DNA of 64,000 nucleotides from an uncultured delta proteobacterium (GCA_963706575.1 CAVPNL010000009.1:64001-128000); one strand, 5' to 3'. Counted from the first letter of the stretch, positions 33,105 to 42,371 are shown. The notes: generated by a model not told the origin, from the letters alone. Numbers and translations are program-made.

Positions 33105-33533
33105 ATGAGATATCGTTTTGTGTTTATTTTGGGTGTCACTGTTGCCATCCAACTTTTTCTTTTGTTTCCAGTACATTTCCTGAAAGATGTCACTGTTGCC
33201 AATGCGGATCAGCTAAAATTGTTTGAGGCGGTAATGTGTGAAGAAATTTATTCCGATACCCCCCGAAACCCGACATCGGTGTTCTCCGCCGGTAAAGAAA
33301 AAGCGGTGTGCTTTTCGGTATTTGATCCGGTACCGCAAAAAACGGTCATTTACCACAACTGGTATCATCGCGATGTGCCGAGCGCTAGGATACGGCTGCA
33401 ACTCAAGCCACCCCGCTGGTCAACTTTCAGCAGTATTCAACTGCGCAAAACTGATATTGGTCCCTGGCGGGTAGAAATCACCGATGACACGGGTAATATC
33501 TTTGGGGTGTTACGATTTAGCGTGACGGATTAA
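33105..33533 (+). CDS. DUF2914 domain protein
   Basis: Signal/TM; IYHNWY, RWSTFS, GPWRVEI. Confidence 0.75.
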   Translation: MRYRFVFILGVTVAIQLFLLFPVHFLKDVTVANADQLKLFEAVMCEEIYSDTPRNPTSVFSAGKEKAVCFSVFDPVPQKTVIYHNWYHRDVPSARIRLQLKPPRWSTFSSIQLRKTDIGPWRVEITDDTGNIFGVLRFSVTD

Positions 33534-33539
33534 CAGACC

Positions 33540-34973
33540 ATGGAAAAACTGTTTATTTTTTTATCCTCTATTCGCTGGCAGGATATAATTGATATCAGCT
33601 TGAACAGTTATATCCTTTTCCGATTTTACGTGCTTTTTAGAGGAACCAATGTTTTTCGGGTTCTCATCGGCATGACCGTCCTGTGGTTTTTACAGCGAAT
33701 TGCAATCTCGTTAGGTTTGATCGTCACCAGCTGGGTGGTCCAGGGCATTGTGGCTGTCGGTGCCATTATTATTATCGTTGTCTTCCGAAATGAAATCCGC
33801 CGGGTCCTGCAGGCGAAAAATTTAAAATCCATCCTTTGGGGACTGTCTTTAAAATCTGCCGTCACCCCGACGGAAATTATTGTCGAAAGTGTGTTTAGTA
33901 TGGCCAAAACCAAATGCGGTGCATTGATTGTGTTTCCGGGAAAAGAGGATTTGAGCGATGCGGTGCAGGGAGGCACACCATGGAGAGGGTTTATCACCAA
34001 AGAGATGATCACCAGCATATTCTGGCCGGACAATCCGGTGCATGATGGCGCGGCTATCGTTCAGGGAGATCAGATTAGCGTTGTGGGCGCGATTCTTCCT
34101 TTATCTCACCGGGATGATTTGCCGTCTTATTACGGTACCCGGCATCGCGCGGCTCTGGGACTGGCGGAGGCAACAGATGCCCTGGTTATTGTTGTGTCGG
34201 AAGAAAGAGGTGATGTGCTTGTTGCCAAGGGCAACCGCCTGCGAGAGATTCGGCGCAAACCGACGCTGGAACAAAATTTACAGGAGCATTTCGGGACCGC
34301 GGCCGTCAAGAAAGGGTTTGCCAGAAAGGAAGGGCTTGAAATAGCAGTAGCGGCACTGTTGTCCATGGTGTTCATCACCGGCATCTGGTTCAGTGTTTCC
34401 AGGGGGCAGGATACGCTGGTTTCCCTTGACATCCCCGTGGATTATACCAATCGACCGGACGGTACTGAAATTGTCGATACCTCGGTAAAATCCGTTAGTC
34501 TGGTATTAAGTGGATCAGGTGCTTTAGTGAAATCGGTTACACCGGATCAGGTCAATGTTCGATTGGATATCAGTAATGCGGTTATCGGTGAAAATTCTTT
34601 TGCCATTACACCGGATAACATTTCGCTGCCGCCCGGAATCGTGTTACGTGAAGTGACACCGCCGCTTATCGATGTCATTATGGATGAAACCATAAGAAAA
34701 CAATTACCGGTACAAATCGATTGGGCCGGAAAATTATCCCCGGATTTGATCCTGTTAGATTTTACGATGGATCCGGAAACGATTGTGATTATGGGCGGCA
34801 AGCGTATCCTTGAAAAAGTAACAACCATCTACACTGAAAAAGTCCCGCTGGATAATCTGACCGGCAAGGGTGAAATTACCGCGAAATTAGCGCTGAATCC
34901 GGCAGCGCTCAAAATCGCACCGGGTTCAAAAGATAAAGTCACGATTCAATACCTGATTCGAAAAAGAGAATAG
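33540..34973 (+). CDS. cdaA: Diadenylate cyclase CdaA fused to CdaR/YbbR domains
   Basis: Three N-terminal TM helices, HDGA, GTRHRAA, VVSEERG; then TM and YbbR-like repeats. Confidence 0.9.
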   Translation: MEKLFIFLSSIRWQDIIDISLNSYILFRFYVLFRGTNVFRVLIGMTVLWFLQRIAISLGLIVTSWVVQGIVAVGAIIIIVVFRNEIRRVLQAKNLKSILWGLSLKSAVTPTEIIVESVFSMAKTKCGALIVFPGKEDLSDAVQGGTPWRGFITKEMITSIFWPDNPVHDGAAIVQGDQISVVGAILPLSHRDDLPSYYGTRHRAALGLAEATDALVIVVSEERGDVLVAKGNRLREIRRKPTLEQNLQEHFGTAAVKKGFARKEGLEIAVAALLSMVFITGIWFSVSRGQDTLVSLDIPVDYTNRPDGTEIVDTSVKSVSLVLSGSGALVKSVTPDQVNVRLDISNAVIGENSFAITPDNISLPPGIVLREVTPPLIDVIMDETIRKQLPVQIDWAGKLSPDLILLDFTMDPETIVIMGGKRILEKVTTIYTEKVPLDNLTGKGEITAKLALNPAALKIAPGSKDKVTIQYLIRKRE

Positions 34974-34975
34974 TA

Positions 34976-35076
34976 GATTGCGAATTGTGGATTTCGGATT
35001 GCAGATTGCGGAATAAAAGGCAGAGCGCTCTTATTTTTTGTGCTTTGTGCCATGCGCTGTTTTCTATGCGCTATGC
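34976..35076. repeat. 7-nt periodic arms (GATTGCG; CTATGCG)
   Basis: gattgcgaattgtggatttcggattgcagattgcggaat; tgccatgcgctg...ctatgcgctatgc. Confidence 0.7.
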
Positions 35077-35117
35077 TTCAGTTTGAGAGAGCGACTTCGG
35101 AAAGATAAGTTAGAAGC

Positions 35118-36521
35118 TTAGAAGACAATGTCTCGGTCAATGACCGTTCCCTTTTTGATGACAGCCGGGGAGTCGTGGCTGTTTTTAATCGACACGCTGT
35201 CTTTGATCGTGACATCGCCTTCAAAATAGACATCGCCTTCGATGTTGAGGGAGTCGCAATTCACCAGAGACGGCAGCCCTTTTTTAAAACGCTCTTCCAG
35301 AAGATCAATTTTTCCATAAAAATTCGGATCCAGCCTGATTTTGATGGTGTCCGCTCTACTTGTCGACCCGCGTTTCGGGTTTATCTTCAGATTATTTTTT
35401 TCTCCCAGGACATAACAATCTGAACGTAGGGCCAGCAGGTCATTGCACGATTTAACCGGGAAAAATCGGGATCGTGGAACCCTGACAGCCGTCGTGTTTT
35501 TAAAAAGTGAAATGGCCGCTCCCATGGCAGTTTCAATCTGGAATACCGGCGGACTGCTTTCATTTCGGGGGTCCACCGTTTTCGGGTTGAGGATCATCGG
35601 AAGGCGAGCGGTGTGTTCTTTTTCAAACAGCGTTTTTAAGGATTCTAAATTGATCCAGATGTTATTGGTGTTGAAAAAACGGTAGCGGGTAATATCCTGA
35701 AATGCCGCTATTTCCTCCCGGGGGCACTGGGCGGCCTCACGCAAAAGTAGTCGCCCATTATGATGTCTGGCAAGATGTCCGCCTTTTATATCCGCCGGCG
35801 TTTTTTCAGCCACCTCCATCATAAATGAGAATCCGTGTTCTACGAAATAACCCAGCAACGATTCTTCCATGCGGGCCCCGAGATTATCCAGATTGTGGAT
35901 AAACGCATACTGCATGTCGTTTTCCAGCAGATGCTTCAACATCCCGGAGGTATTGAGGGCCGTAAACACGTCACCGTGGCCCGGCGGATTCCACTCCATT
36001 TCAGGATTTTGCGGCCATGTTGCCGGAGCCAGGTCCTGCTGCCGGATTTTGGGGAACTTGTGCTGGATAAATTGAAGCGGAGTTGGGGAAGGTTTCAGTT
36101 TTGATAATGCCGCCCGGGTTGCATCCTGGGTGTTAAAGCTATTCATTAAACCCAGCTGAGCCCCGCTGTTCTCGGCCTGCTTCAAGATAATTTCAAGGAA
36201 CGTTTTTCCGTTTTTAGCTTCGATTAATGACTTGGGTCCGGTCAACCCCATGGTGGTTCCCAGACCGCCGTTTAAAACAATTCTTACGGAATGCTTAAAT
36301 GCGCGTTGACCGGCAGCGGCATATTTATTTAGATTTTTATAATCTTCTATTTCACGGGCTTCAACCGGTTGAATCTCCCGATCGTACACCAGGCCGGTTT
36401 CACCGGTCAGCATCTTGTTGTAGTAATATGCGAATGTTTCAATTACCAGAGGCTGCAGCCCTTCGTGTTGCATTTTTTCGACAAAGGCAGACAGATGGTC
36501 TTCAGCCTCCGGACGTCCCAT
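35118..36521 (-). CDS. UTP--glucose-1-phosphate uridylyltransferase, eukaryote-type (UDPGP family, not GalU)
   Basis: LNGGLGTTMG, PPGHGD, DIKGG, FNTNNIW, QIETAMG, RFFPVKSCNDLL, C-terminal beta-helix. Confidence 0.92.
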   Translation of the reverse strand: MGRPEAEDHLSAFVEKMQHEGLQPLVIETFAYYYNKMLTGETGLVYDREIQPVEAREIEDYKNLNKYAAAGQRAFKHSVRIVLNGGLGTTMGLTGPKSLIEAKNGKTFLEIILKQAENSGAQLGLMNSFNTQDATRAALSKLKPSPTPLQFIQHKFPKIRQQDLAPATWPQNPEMEWNPPGHGDVFTALNTSGMLKHLLENDMQYAFIHNLDNLGARMEESLLGYFVEHGFSFMMEVAEKTPADIKGGHLARHHNGRLLLREAAQCPREEIAAFQDITRYRFFNTNNIWINLESLKTLFEKEHTARLPMILNPKTVDPRNESSPPVFQIETAMGAAISLFKNTTAVRVPRSRFFPVKSCNDLLALRSDCYVLGEKNNLKINPKRGSTSRADTIKIRLDPNFYGKIDLLEERFKKGLPSLVNCDSLNIEGDVYFEGDVTIKDSVSIKNSHDSPAVIKKGTVIDRDIVF

Positions 36522-36540
36522 TAATGTCTCCTACGGTTTT

Positions 36541-36572
36541 AATCCGCAATCCGAATTCCGCATTCCGCAATC
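36541..36572. repeat. 7-nt periodic arm (CGCAATC), inverted relative to 34976
   Basis: aatccgcaatccgaattccgcattccgcaatc; overlaps ilvE stop. Confidence 0.7.
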
Positions 36573-37635
36573 AAGCAACGGGCACAATCCACCCCAGCGG
36601 GTCTTCGGCTTTGCCGTATTGGATATCGGTGATGGCTTTGTAATATTTTCGGGCAACCGGACCGACCTCACCGCCGGCAATGGTGATCACCTGATCGCCG
36701 GATTTAATCTCCCCAACCGGAGAGATAACCGCGGCTGTTCCGGAGCCGAAAACTTCCTGCAGCTTACCGTTGGCGTTAGCCTCCATTAATTCATCGATGC
36801 TGATTTTTCTCTCTGATACTTTATCGTTCCAGTGTTTGGCCAGCTTGATCACCGAATCCCTGGTGATGCCCGGCAGAATGCTTCCGTTTAACTCGGGGGT
36901 GACGATTTCATCTTCTATTACAAAAAAGATGTTCATGGAGCCGACTTCTTCAAGATATTTTTGCTCGACGCCATCCAGCCACAGCACCTGAGAATACCCT
37001 TCTTTGTGGGCTTTTTCAGCTGCCAGGATGCTGGCTGCGTAGTTGCCGGGCGTTTTGGCTTCGCCCACCCCACCGCGCACCGCTCGAACGTATTCATGGC
37101 TCACCAGAATTTTTACCGGGCTAAATCCTTCGGGGTAGTAGGCTCCAACCGGTGAAAGAATAATATAGTACCGATAGTTAAATGATGCCCGCACGCCGAT
37201 ATAAGGATCCGTGGCGATTAGAGTGGGCCGGATGTAAAGAGAGGTTTCGGGCTCGCCTGGAACCCAGTCTTTTTCCATTGTGAGAAGCTGTTTGAGAATG
37301 TCAAGGGCCAAGGCCTCGTCGATTTCCGGCATACACAAGCGCCGGCAGGAGCGACTCAAGCGTTTGAAATTTTCCTGGGGCCTGAAAAGCTGGATATTTC
37401 CGGAGTCGGTTCGATAGGCTTTCAGTCCCTCGAAAGCGCCCTGAGCATAATGCAGAAACATGGTTGACGGATCCAATGCCATGGGCGCATAAGGCTCGAT
37501 GCGAAAAGAGTGCCATCCCTTGTCCGGGGTATAATCCATAATAAACATATGATCGGTAAATAGGGTACCAAAACCGAGCTTGGATTGGTCCGGTTTTTCT
37601 TTTAACTTTTCAGTCTTTGTCACGGTCAATTCCAT
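36571..37635 (-). CDS. ilvE: Branched-chain amino acid aminotransferase
   Basis: LGFGTLFTDHM, LHYAQGAFEGLKAY, AKTPGNYA, EEVGSMN, ILPGITR, GSGTAAVISPV. Confidence 0.96.
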   Translation of the reverse strand: MELTVTKTEKLKEKPDQSKLGFGTLFTDHMFIMDYTPDKGWHSFRIEPYAPMALDPSTMFLHYAQGAFEGLKAYRTDSGNIQLFRPQENFKRLSRSCRRLCMPEIDEALALDILKQLLTMEKDWVPGEPETSLYIRPTLIATDPYIGVRASFNYRYYIILSPVGAYYPEGFSPVKILVSHEYVRAVRGGVGEAKTPGNYAASILAAEKAHKEGYSQVLWLDGVEQKYLEEVGSMNIFFVIEDEIVTPELNGSILPGITRDSVIKLAKHWNDKVSERKISIDELMEANANGKLQEVFGSGTAAVISPVGEIKSGDQVITIAGGEVGPVARKYYKAITDIQYGKAEDPLGWIVPVA

Positions 37636-37730
37636 GGAGTCCTCCCGTAAAATATTTAGTTTGATGCTCACTAATCGATATATTATATTTGCCTCATAAA
37701 TCAAGAATTAAGTTATCTTCACAAAGATAA

Positions 37731-37885
37731 AGGTTTCAGGTGTCGGGTGTCAGCAAACAGATGGCAGTCGACAACGAGTAGGGTCGGCCTCTGTGCCGAC
37801 CTCTGGCCGGCGGGCGCAGAGGCCCGCCCTACTTCTGAACCTATGAACCGGAACTCTGAACCGATGTGCACTGACACCGAAAACC
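37731..37885. repeat. Periodic-arm element (GGTGTCA / TGACACC) containing a GTAG REP doublet at 37778-37832
   Basis: aggtttcaggtgtcgggtgtcag ... ctgacaccgaaaacc; GTAGGGTCGGCCTCTGTGCCGACC...GGCGGGCGCAGAGGCCCGCCCTAC. Confidence 0.8.
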
Positions 37886-38002
37886 ATTTAAATGGGCAAA
37901 TCGGTTTATTGACTTTGTCGGCTGCCTCATATATAGACGCACACTTGCAGCGGAGGACCTGCCTTTATTTGCAAGAAGGGTTTTGTATGAAAGGATTTTA
38001 AA

Positions 38003-38800
38003 ATGAGTGATAGTGATCGTATGGCCAATGTCGAACCGGTTCGACTTGGCCCGCAAAGTCAGTTTAAGTTTAAGTGTCACCCCGGGATTGAATGTTTCAC
38101 GCAGTGCTGCCGGGATATTAATATCATCCTGACGCCCTATGATATTATTCGTCTTAAAAATAAGCTGGATCTGCCTTCCGATGAATTTTTAGCCTTATAT
38201 ACCGAAGCGCAACTGCTGGAAAAAACAGGCCTGCCGGTGATTACCCTTAAGTTTTTGGAGGAAGAAGATAAAGATGCGGACAGCAAGTTGTGCCCCTTCG
38301 TCAGAGAAACCGGTTGTCTGGTTTACGATGATCGGCCGACCACCTGCCGCTATTATCCCCTGGGTGTTGCCTCGCTAAGCCACAAGGAAGATGCGGATGG
38401 AGAGGAGTTCTATTTTTTTGTTCACGAACCTCACTGTCTGGGGTTTAAAGAAGACAAACTCTGGACGGTTAAGGAATGGCGCAAAGATCAAGGGGTTGAT
38501 ATTCACGACGAAATCAATGCGGAATGGACCGATTTGCTGGTGCGAAAGCGGTCTTTCCCGCCCAATATGCAGCTTACCGAACAGACCAAAAAGATGTTTT
38601 TTCTGGCCAGCTATAACCTGGATAAATTTCGGGAGTTTGTTTTTGAAAGTTCGTTTTTGGACCGCTACGAAGTTGAAAAAGCGACTCTTAATCGGATTAA
38701 GGATGACGAAATCGAGCTGCTAAAATTTGGTTTGACGTGGCTTAAATGGCTGCTGTTTAAAGAAGGTGATTTCAAAATGAAGGCAGACGCTGAAAAATAG
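38003..38800 (+). CDS. YkgJ family cysteine-cluster protein
   Basis: CFTQCC, LTPYDI, CPFV...GCLVYDDRPTTCRYYP, HCLG. Confidence 0.9.
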   Translation: MSDSDRMANVEPVRLGPQSQFKFKCHPGIECFTQCCRDINIILTPYDIIRLKNKLDLPSDEFLALYTEAQLLEKTGLPVITLKFLEEEDKDADSKLCPFVRETGCLVYDDRPTTCRYYPLGVASLSHKEDADGEEFYFFVHEPHCLGFKEDKLWTVKEWRKDQGVDIHDEINAEWTDLLVRKRSFPPNMQLTEQTKKMFFLASYNLDKFREFVFESSFLDRYEVEKATLNRIKDDEIELLKFGLTWLKWLLFKEGDFKMKADAEK

Positions 38801-38820
38801 GTATCTGGTCTTATTTGTTT

Positions 38821-38927
38821 ACCACAGAGTTCACAGAGAAAAGTAGGGTGGTCCTCCGTGGCCGCCGGTTTGGGTCGGCACCCGTCTTCGCTAAAGCTTC
38901 GCCGCGCCACGCAGAGGCCGACCCTAC
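38821..38927. repeat. CACAGAG arm plus GTAG REP doublet (38843-38927) with a 31-nt insert
   Basis: accacagagttcacagaga; GTAGGGTGGTCCTCCGTGGCCGCC ... GGTCGGCA[31 nt]CAGAGGCCGACCCTAC. Confidence 0.8.
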
Positions 38928-38958
38928 TTTAATTAACGATTTGACCATTGGACGAAGA

Positions 38959-39993
38959 TCAATATTCTTCGTAAGCCAACCCCTCCCAATACTTCTCGTT
39001 TTCCAGCCGCTCGGCAATATCCACATTAAAAAATTCCGCCACCGGTTGCAGTATTTCCGGTGTGGTTGCCTGCACAGTGCGCACGGCATCCAGCACGGTT
39101 TGCAATCCGTTTTGCGTCATTTTTCCCAGCGGCTGTCGGCACATCCCCGACGGCATGCCTAAAATAGACATCAGGGCTTTGTAAGCCAGCGGATTTCGAG
39201 CCCGGCAGGACACGTCACCATAAGGGGTCTGCTCGGTTGTTTTTACCGTTACCAGATTGAAAAGGGGCTCCAGGTTCTGCATCAGCGATTGGGCCTCAGA
39301 GGGGTTGCCTTCGTTGAGCAATTGAACCATTTGGGTAACCGCTTTTGGAGCCACGTTGGAGGCGACCGAGATTACCCCGGCGGCTTTGACCTGAGGGTCC
39401 GTCATCATTTCGTATGTCATGCCGTCATCGCCGGATAAAATCATAAAATCAGGCCCGCAGCATTCCCGGGTGCGCTTCATGTTATCGATGCTGGCGGTCG
39501 CTTCCTTTACCGTCCTGACATTGGGATATTCTTTATACAACAGGGCCAGATCCGGCGGAAATAATTGGGTTCCTGTCCGGCCCGGAATGACGTAAGGAAT
39601 AATGTCAAGGTCTTTATAGGCAGCCGCGATCGGGGCAACGTATTCTTTTCGAATTTCAAGGGAGCTGGGACCATTGTAATACGGCTCCACAAGCAATACG
39701 GCATCGGCCCCGACTTCAGCTGCGTGCTGGGTTGCCGCAAGGGACTCAGCGGTATTGTTGCTTCCGGTGCCAGCAATGCACAGACACTTGCCCTTGGTCT
39801 TTTGGGCAATCGTTTCGGTTACCTTATTATGTTCATCCCACGTGAGAACCGGGCTTTCCCCTGTGGTTCCAACTGCCAGAATGCCGGTGATGCCGTTTTG
39901 GATTTGAAAATCGGCCAGTTTTTCCAGGCCTTCGTAGTCAACAGCATTGTTTTTAAACGGTGTGATGATTGCGGTATAGCATCCTGCTTTCAT
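38959..39993 (-). CDS. dapA: 4-hydroxy-tetrahydrodipicolinate synthase
   Basis: TAIITPF, GTTGES, AGTGSNNT, PYYN, Y.IPGRTG, VKEA, LSGDD. Confidence 0.95.
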   Translation of the reverse strand: MKAGCYTAIITPFKNNAVDYEGLEKLADFQIQNGITGILAVGTTGESPVLTWDEHNKVTETIAQKTKGKCLCIAGTGSNNTAESLAATQHAAEVGADAVLLVEPYYNGPSSLEIRKEYVAPIAAAYKDLDIIPYVIPGRTGTQLFPPDLALLYKEYPNVRTVKEATASIDNMKRTRECCGPDFMILSGDDGMTYEMMTDPQVKAAGVISVASNVAPKAVTQMVQLLNEGNPSEAQSLMQNLEPLFNLVTVKTTEQTPYGDVSCRARNPLAYKALMSILGMPSGMCRQPLGKMTQNGLQTVLDAVRTVQATTPEILQPVAEFFNVDIAERLENEKYWEGLAYEEY

Positions 39994-40242
39994 GATAACC
40001 CCCATTGCTAGTAAATAAGCGTTAATGTGCGGCAATTATTTCTGCCGCAGTTTATGAATAAAAACGGTAGTTAAAAGGCAATTTGATGTCAAGCAAAAAG
40101 ATAAGAATGATTCAGATAGCTTGAAAAAGTCAGATTTATCCTGTACTAGCATGAAACTTGCTTCAGGCGCTTATATTTTGACAAATACAGAATTGATCCT
40201 TAATATCAGCGCCAGAAAAAAATGATAAAAGGATTCAAGTTC

Positions 40243-40869
40243 ATGACAAAAGCCAAAAACGCAGATGAATTTATTGCCCACCAGCGGCAGGCCATCGCGC
40301 AAAATCCGGAATGCGGCAATTCCCATTACAACCTGGCAGTTGCCTTAATGGGTCAGAAACAATATGATGAAGCCGAGAAGCACCTTTATGAAGCCATCGA
40401 ATGCAGTCAGGGCCTGGTCGAAGCCTATGTTGCCCTCGGCGGGATCGCATTACAGCGCGGCGATCTTGACGGCTGCTTGGCCCACAATCGATCGGCCGTC
40501 AAAGCCAGACCCGGCTTTTCCGAGGGCTGGGGAAACATCGGCTTTATCGAACTTCAAAAAGGCAACATCGACGAAGCGATCACGGCGCTTGAAAAAGCGA
40601 CGACATTTAACTTCAGGTATGTTCAGGCCTTTGCCAATCTGGCCAATGCCTATTTAATCAAAGGCATGATTGATGAAAGCATCGAGGCCAATTTGAAAGC
40701 CTTGAAGCTTCACCCGGATTTTGCACCGGCCCACCATAATCTGGCCATCGCCTATCTTGAAAAAGGAGAAGCCAAAGCAGCCATCGAACACTGCGAGAAG
40801 GCCGTGGCGTTAGGGTATGAGGTTCCGCCCGAAATATTAAAAGAAATCGAAGAACTCAAAAAAGAATAA
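40243..40869 (+). CDS. Tetratricopeptide repeat protein
   Basis: About five TPR units (HYNLAVAL, AYVALGGI, WGNIGFI, FANLANAY, HHNLAIAY). Confidence 0.9.
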   Translation: MTKAKNADEFIAHQRQAIAQNPECGNSHYNLAVALMGQKQYDEAEKHLYEAIECSQGLVEAYVALGGIALQRGDLDGCLAHNRSAVKARPGFSEGWGNIGFIELQKGNIDEAITALEKATTFNFRYVQAFANLANAYLIKGMIDESIEANLKALKLHPDFAPAHHNLAIAYLEKGEAKAAIEHCEKAVALGYEVPPEILKEIEELKKE

Positions 40870-40870
40870 A

Positions 40871-41036
40871 TTGTTTGATTGGTCTAATTGGTTACATTGG
40901 TTTAATTTGTTCGTGCTGTTTTCAAAAACTTCAAAATTGATTGTATTTGAAACTTCCGCCTAAAGCCCGACTGCAGCTTTTGATGTTTTTACAAACCAAT
41001 TAAACCAATCGAACTAATAAAACCAAGTCAACCAAA
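40871..41036. repeat. Palindromic element with 9-nt periodic arms (ATTGGTT / AACCAAT)
   Basis: ttgtttgattggtctaattggttacattggtttaatttgtt ... aaaccaattaaaccaatcgaactaataaaaccaagtcaaccaaa. Confidence 0.8.
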
Positions 41037-41045
41037 CACATTTTA

Positions 41046-42248
41046 ATGCCTCGCTTTTCCTTTTTTATATCCCATTCCAAAGAACCCGTCACCGCAGACA
41101 GCCGGATATGGCATGAGCCCATACCCCTGCGGCTCGATACCCTGATAAAGCATGATGGGGATGACGACGGGAACTGGGAATCCGTAAGTCACGCAGCTTA
41201 TTTTCAGGCGACCCGGACGTTTCTTGAGGCCAATTCCTTTGAAGTGATCACCCGGGCGGTTTCCCGACAGCTTAATCGTGATGTGAAAGCGCCGGACATC
41301 GAAGAAATCCGTGTTCGACTTGAAAAACACGGTGAATTTTATCATCCCTGCCGAATCGAAACCGTTGTATATCAGCAGCACCTTTCCTTTGTGCTCAATG
41401 TGGCCGTTTCCGAAACCGGCCGGCGCTTCATCGAAACGGAATTTCATCTCTTAAACCGGCTGAATAACGAGCAGTCCCTTCACTATTTACCGCAGCTTTA
41501 CGGATTCGGTCGGACTGCCGGATCGAAAGGGCAAAATTTCGCGATGTTTTTGGGACAATGGTTTGATGGCTACCATGAATTCCATATTTCAATCGATCCG
41601 ATCGATAAAACGCCCAAAATCATGGTGTGGGATGACGCCAGCGGCAGGTTTTTTCTTTCGGACGAGCAGACCCAAACCCTTTATGCTCAAGTTGCAAAAA
41701 TTCTAACCGGTTACTATCATCTGGAGTCTTTTGAACAAATCTTTTCCTGGCACCATGCGGCCGGGGATTTCGTTGTGAAGGTCGAAGATGGAAAGCTGGA
41801 CCTAAGGCTCGTTACGGCCCGTCGATATGGGGCGATCTTCGAAAATCAGAAGAATACCCGGACCCCCCCCGTCGATCCGCAGCAGATATTGCAGGCCCTG
41901 CTGATTTTCTTTTTAAGCCTTTCGATTCACATGCGCCTCGACCGCCTCGACGGGATTGGGGTAATGGTTTGGTCGGACAGCGTTGCTGTTGAAGCCACCT
42001 TAATCGGTTTTTTGGAAGCCCTTTCAATGAAGCCCGATATTCCATCGTTGCCGGATTCGCCGCTGGCCTGCTTTGTTGCTTATCTGGCATCTTGCACTGA
42101 AGGAGACGTGATTGATCTGACAGCGGAGATTGTCAACCGGTTCAATCCGCAAATGCCGGGGCTCTCAGTCATTAATAAAAATATACACCAGCATGCTGAG
42201 ACGCTTCACGCATCCATCCAACAAATTCTATCGATTTCCACCACATAA
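41046..42248 (+). CDS. Hypothetical protein upstream of dsrA (possible degenerate kinase-like fold)
   Basis: 400-aa ORF; EKHGEFYHP, EFHLLNRL, LPQLYG, WFDGYHEFH, WHHAAGDFVV. Confidence 0.75.
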   Translation: MPRFSFFISHSKEPVTADSRIWHEPIPLRLDTLIKHDGDDDGNWESVSHAAYFQATRTFLEANSFEVITRAVSRQLNRDVKAPDIEEIRVRLEKHGEFYHPCRIETVVYQQHLSFVLNVAVSETGRRFIETEFHLLNRLNNEQSLHYLPQLYGFGRTAGSKGQNFAMFLGQWFDGYHEFHISIDPIDKTPKIMVWDDASGRFFLSDEQTQTLYAQVAKILTGYYHLESFEQIFSWHHAAGDFVVKVEDGKLDLRLVTARRYGAIFENQKNTRTPPVDPQQILQALLIFFLSLSIHMRLDRLDGIGVMVWSDSVAVEATLIGFLEALSMKPDIPSLPDSPLACFVAYLASCTEGDVIDLTAEIVNRFNPQMPGLSVINKNIHQHAETLHASIQQILSISTT

Positions 42249-42342
42249 TGGGCTCTTTTTCTCGCCAGCCGCTAGATAAAGTGTTATCTGAATATTGGAA
42301 TTTATTTTAAGGACCTTAACCTCTTGTAACGATTCTTTTTTA

Positions 42343-42371
42343 TTGACAAGTTTAAAGATTAATTCTATATC
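42343..42371 (+). promoter_or_regulatory. Putative sigma70 promoter of dsrABD
   Basis: TTGACA-17 nt-TATATC in AT-rich region ~155 nt before dsrA. Confidence 0.45.

Noticed and set aside
40147..40162. Sigma54-like TAGCATGAAACTTGCT upstream of the TPR gene
   Set aside because: Invariant GG at -24 is AG
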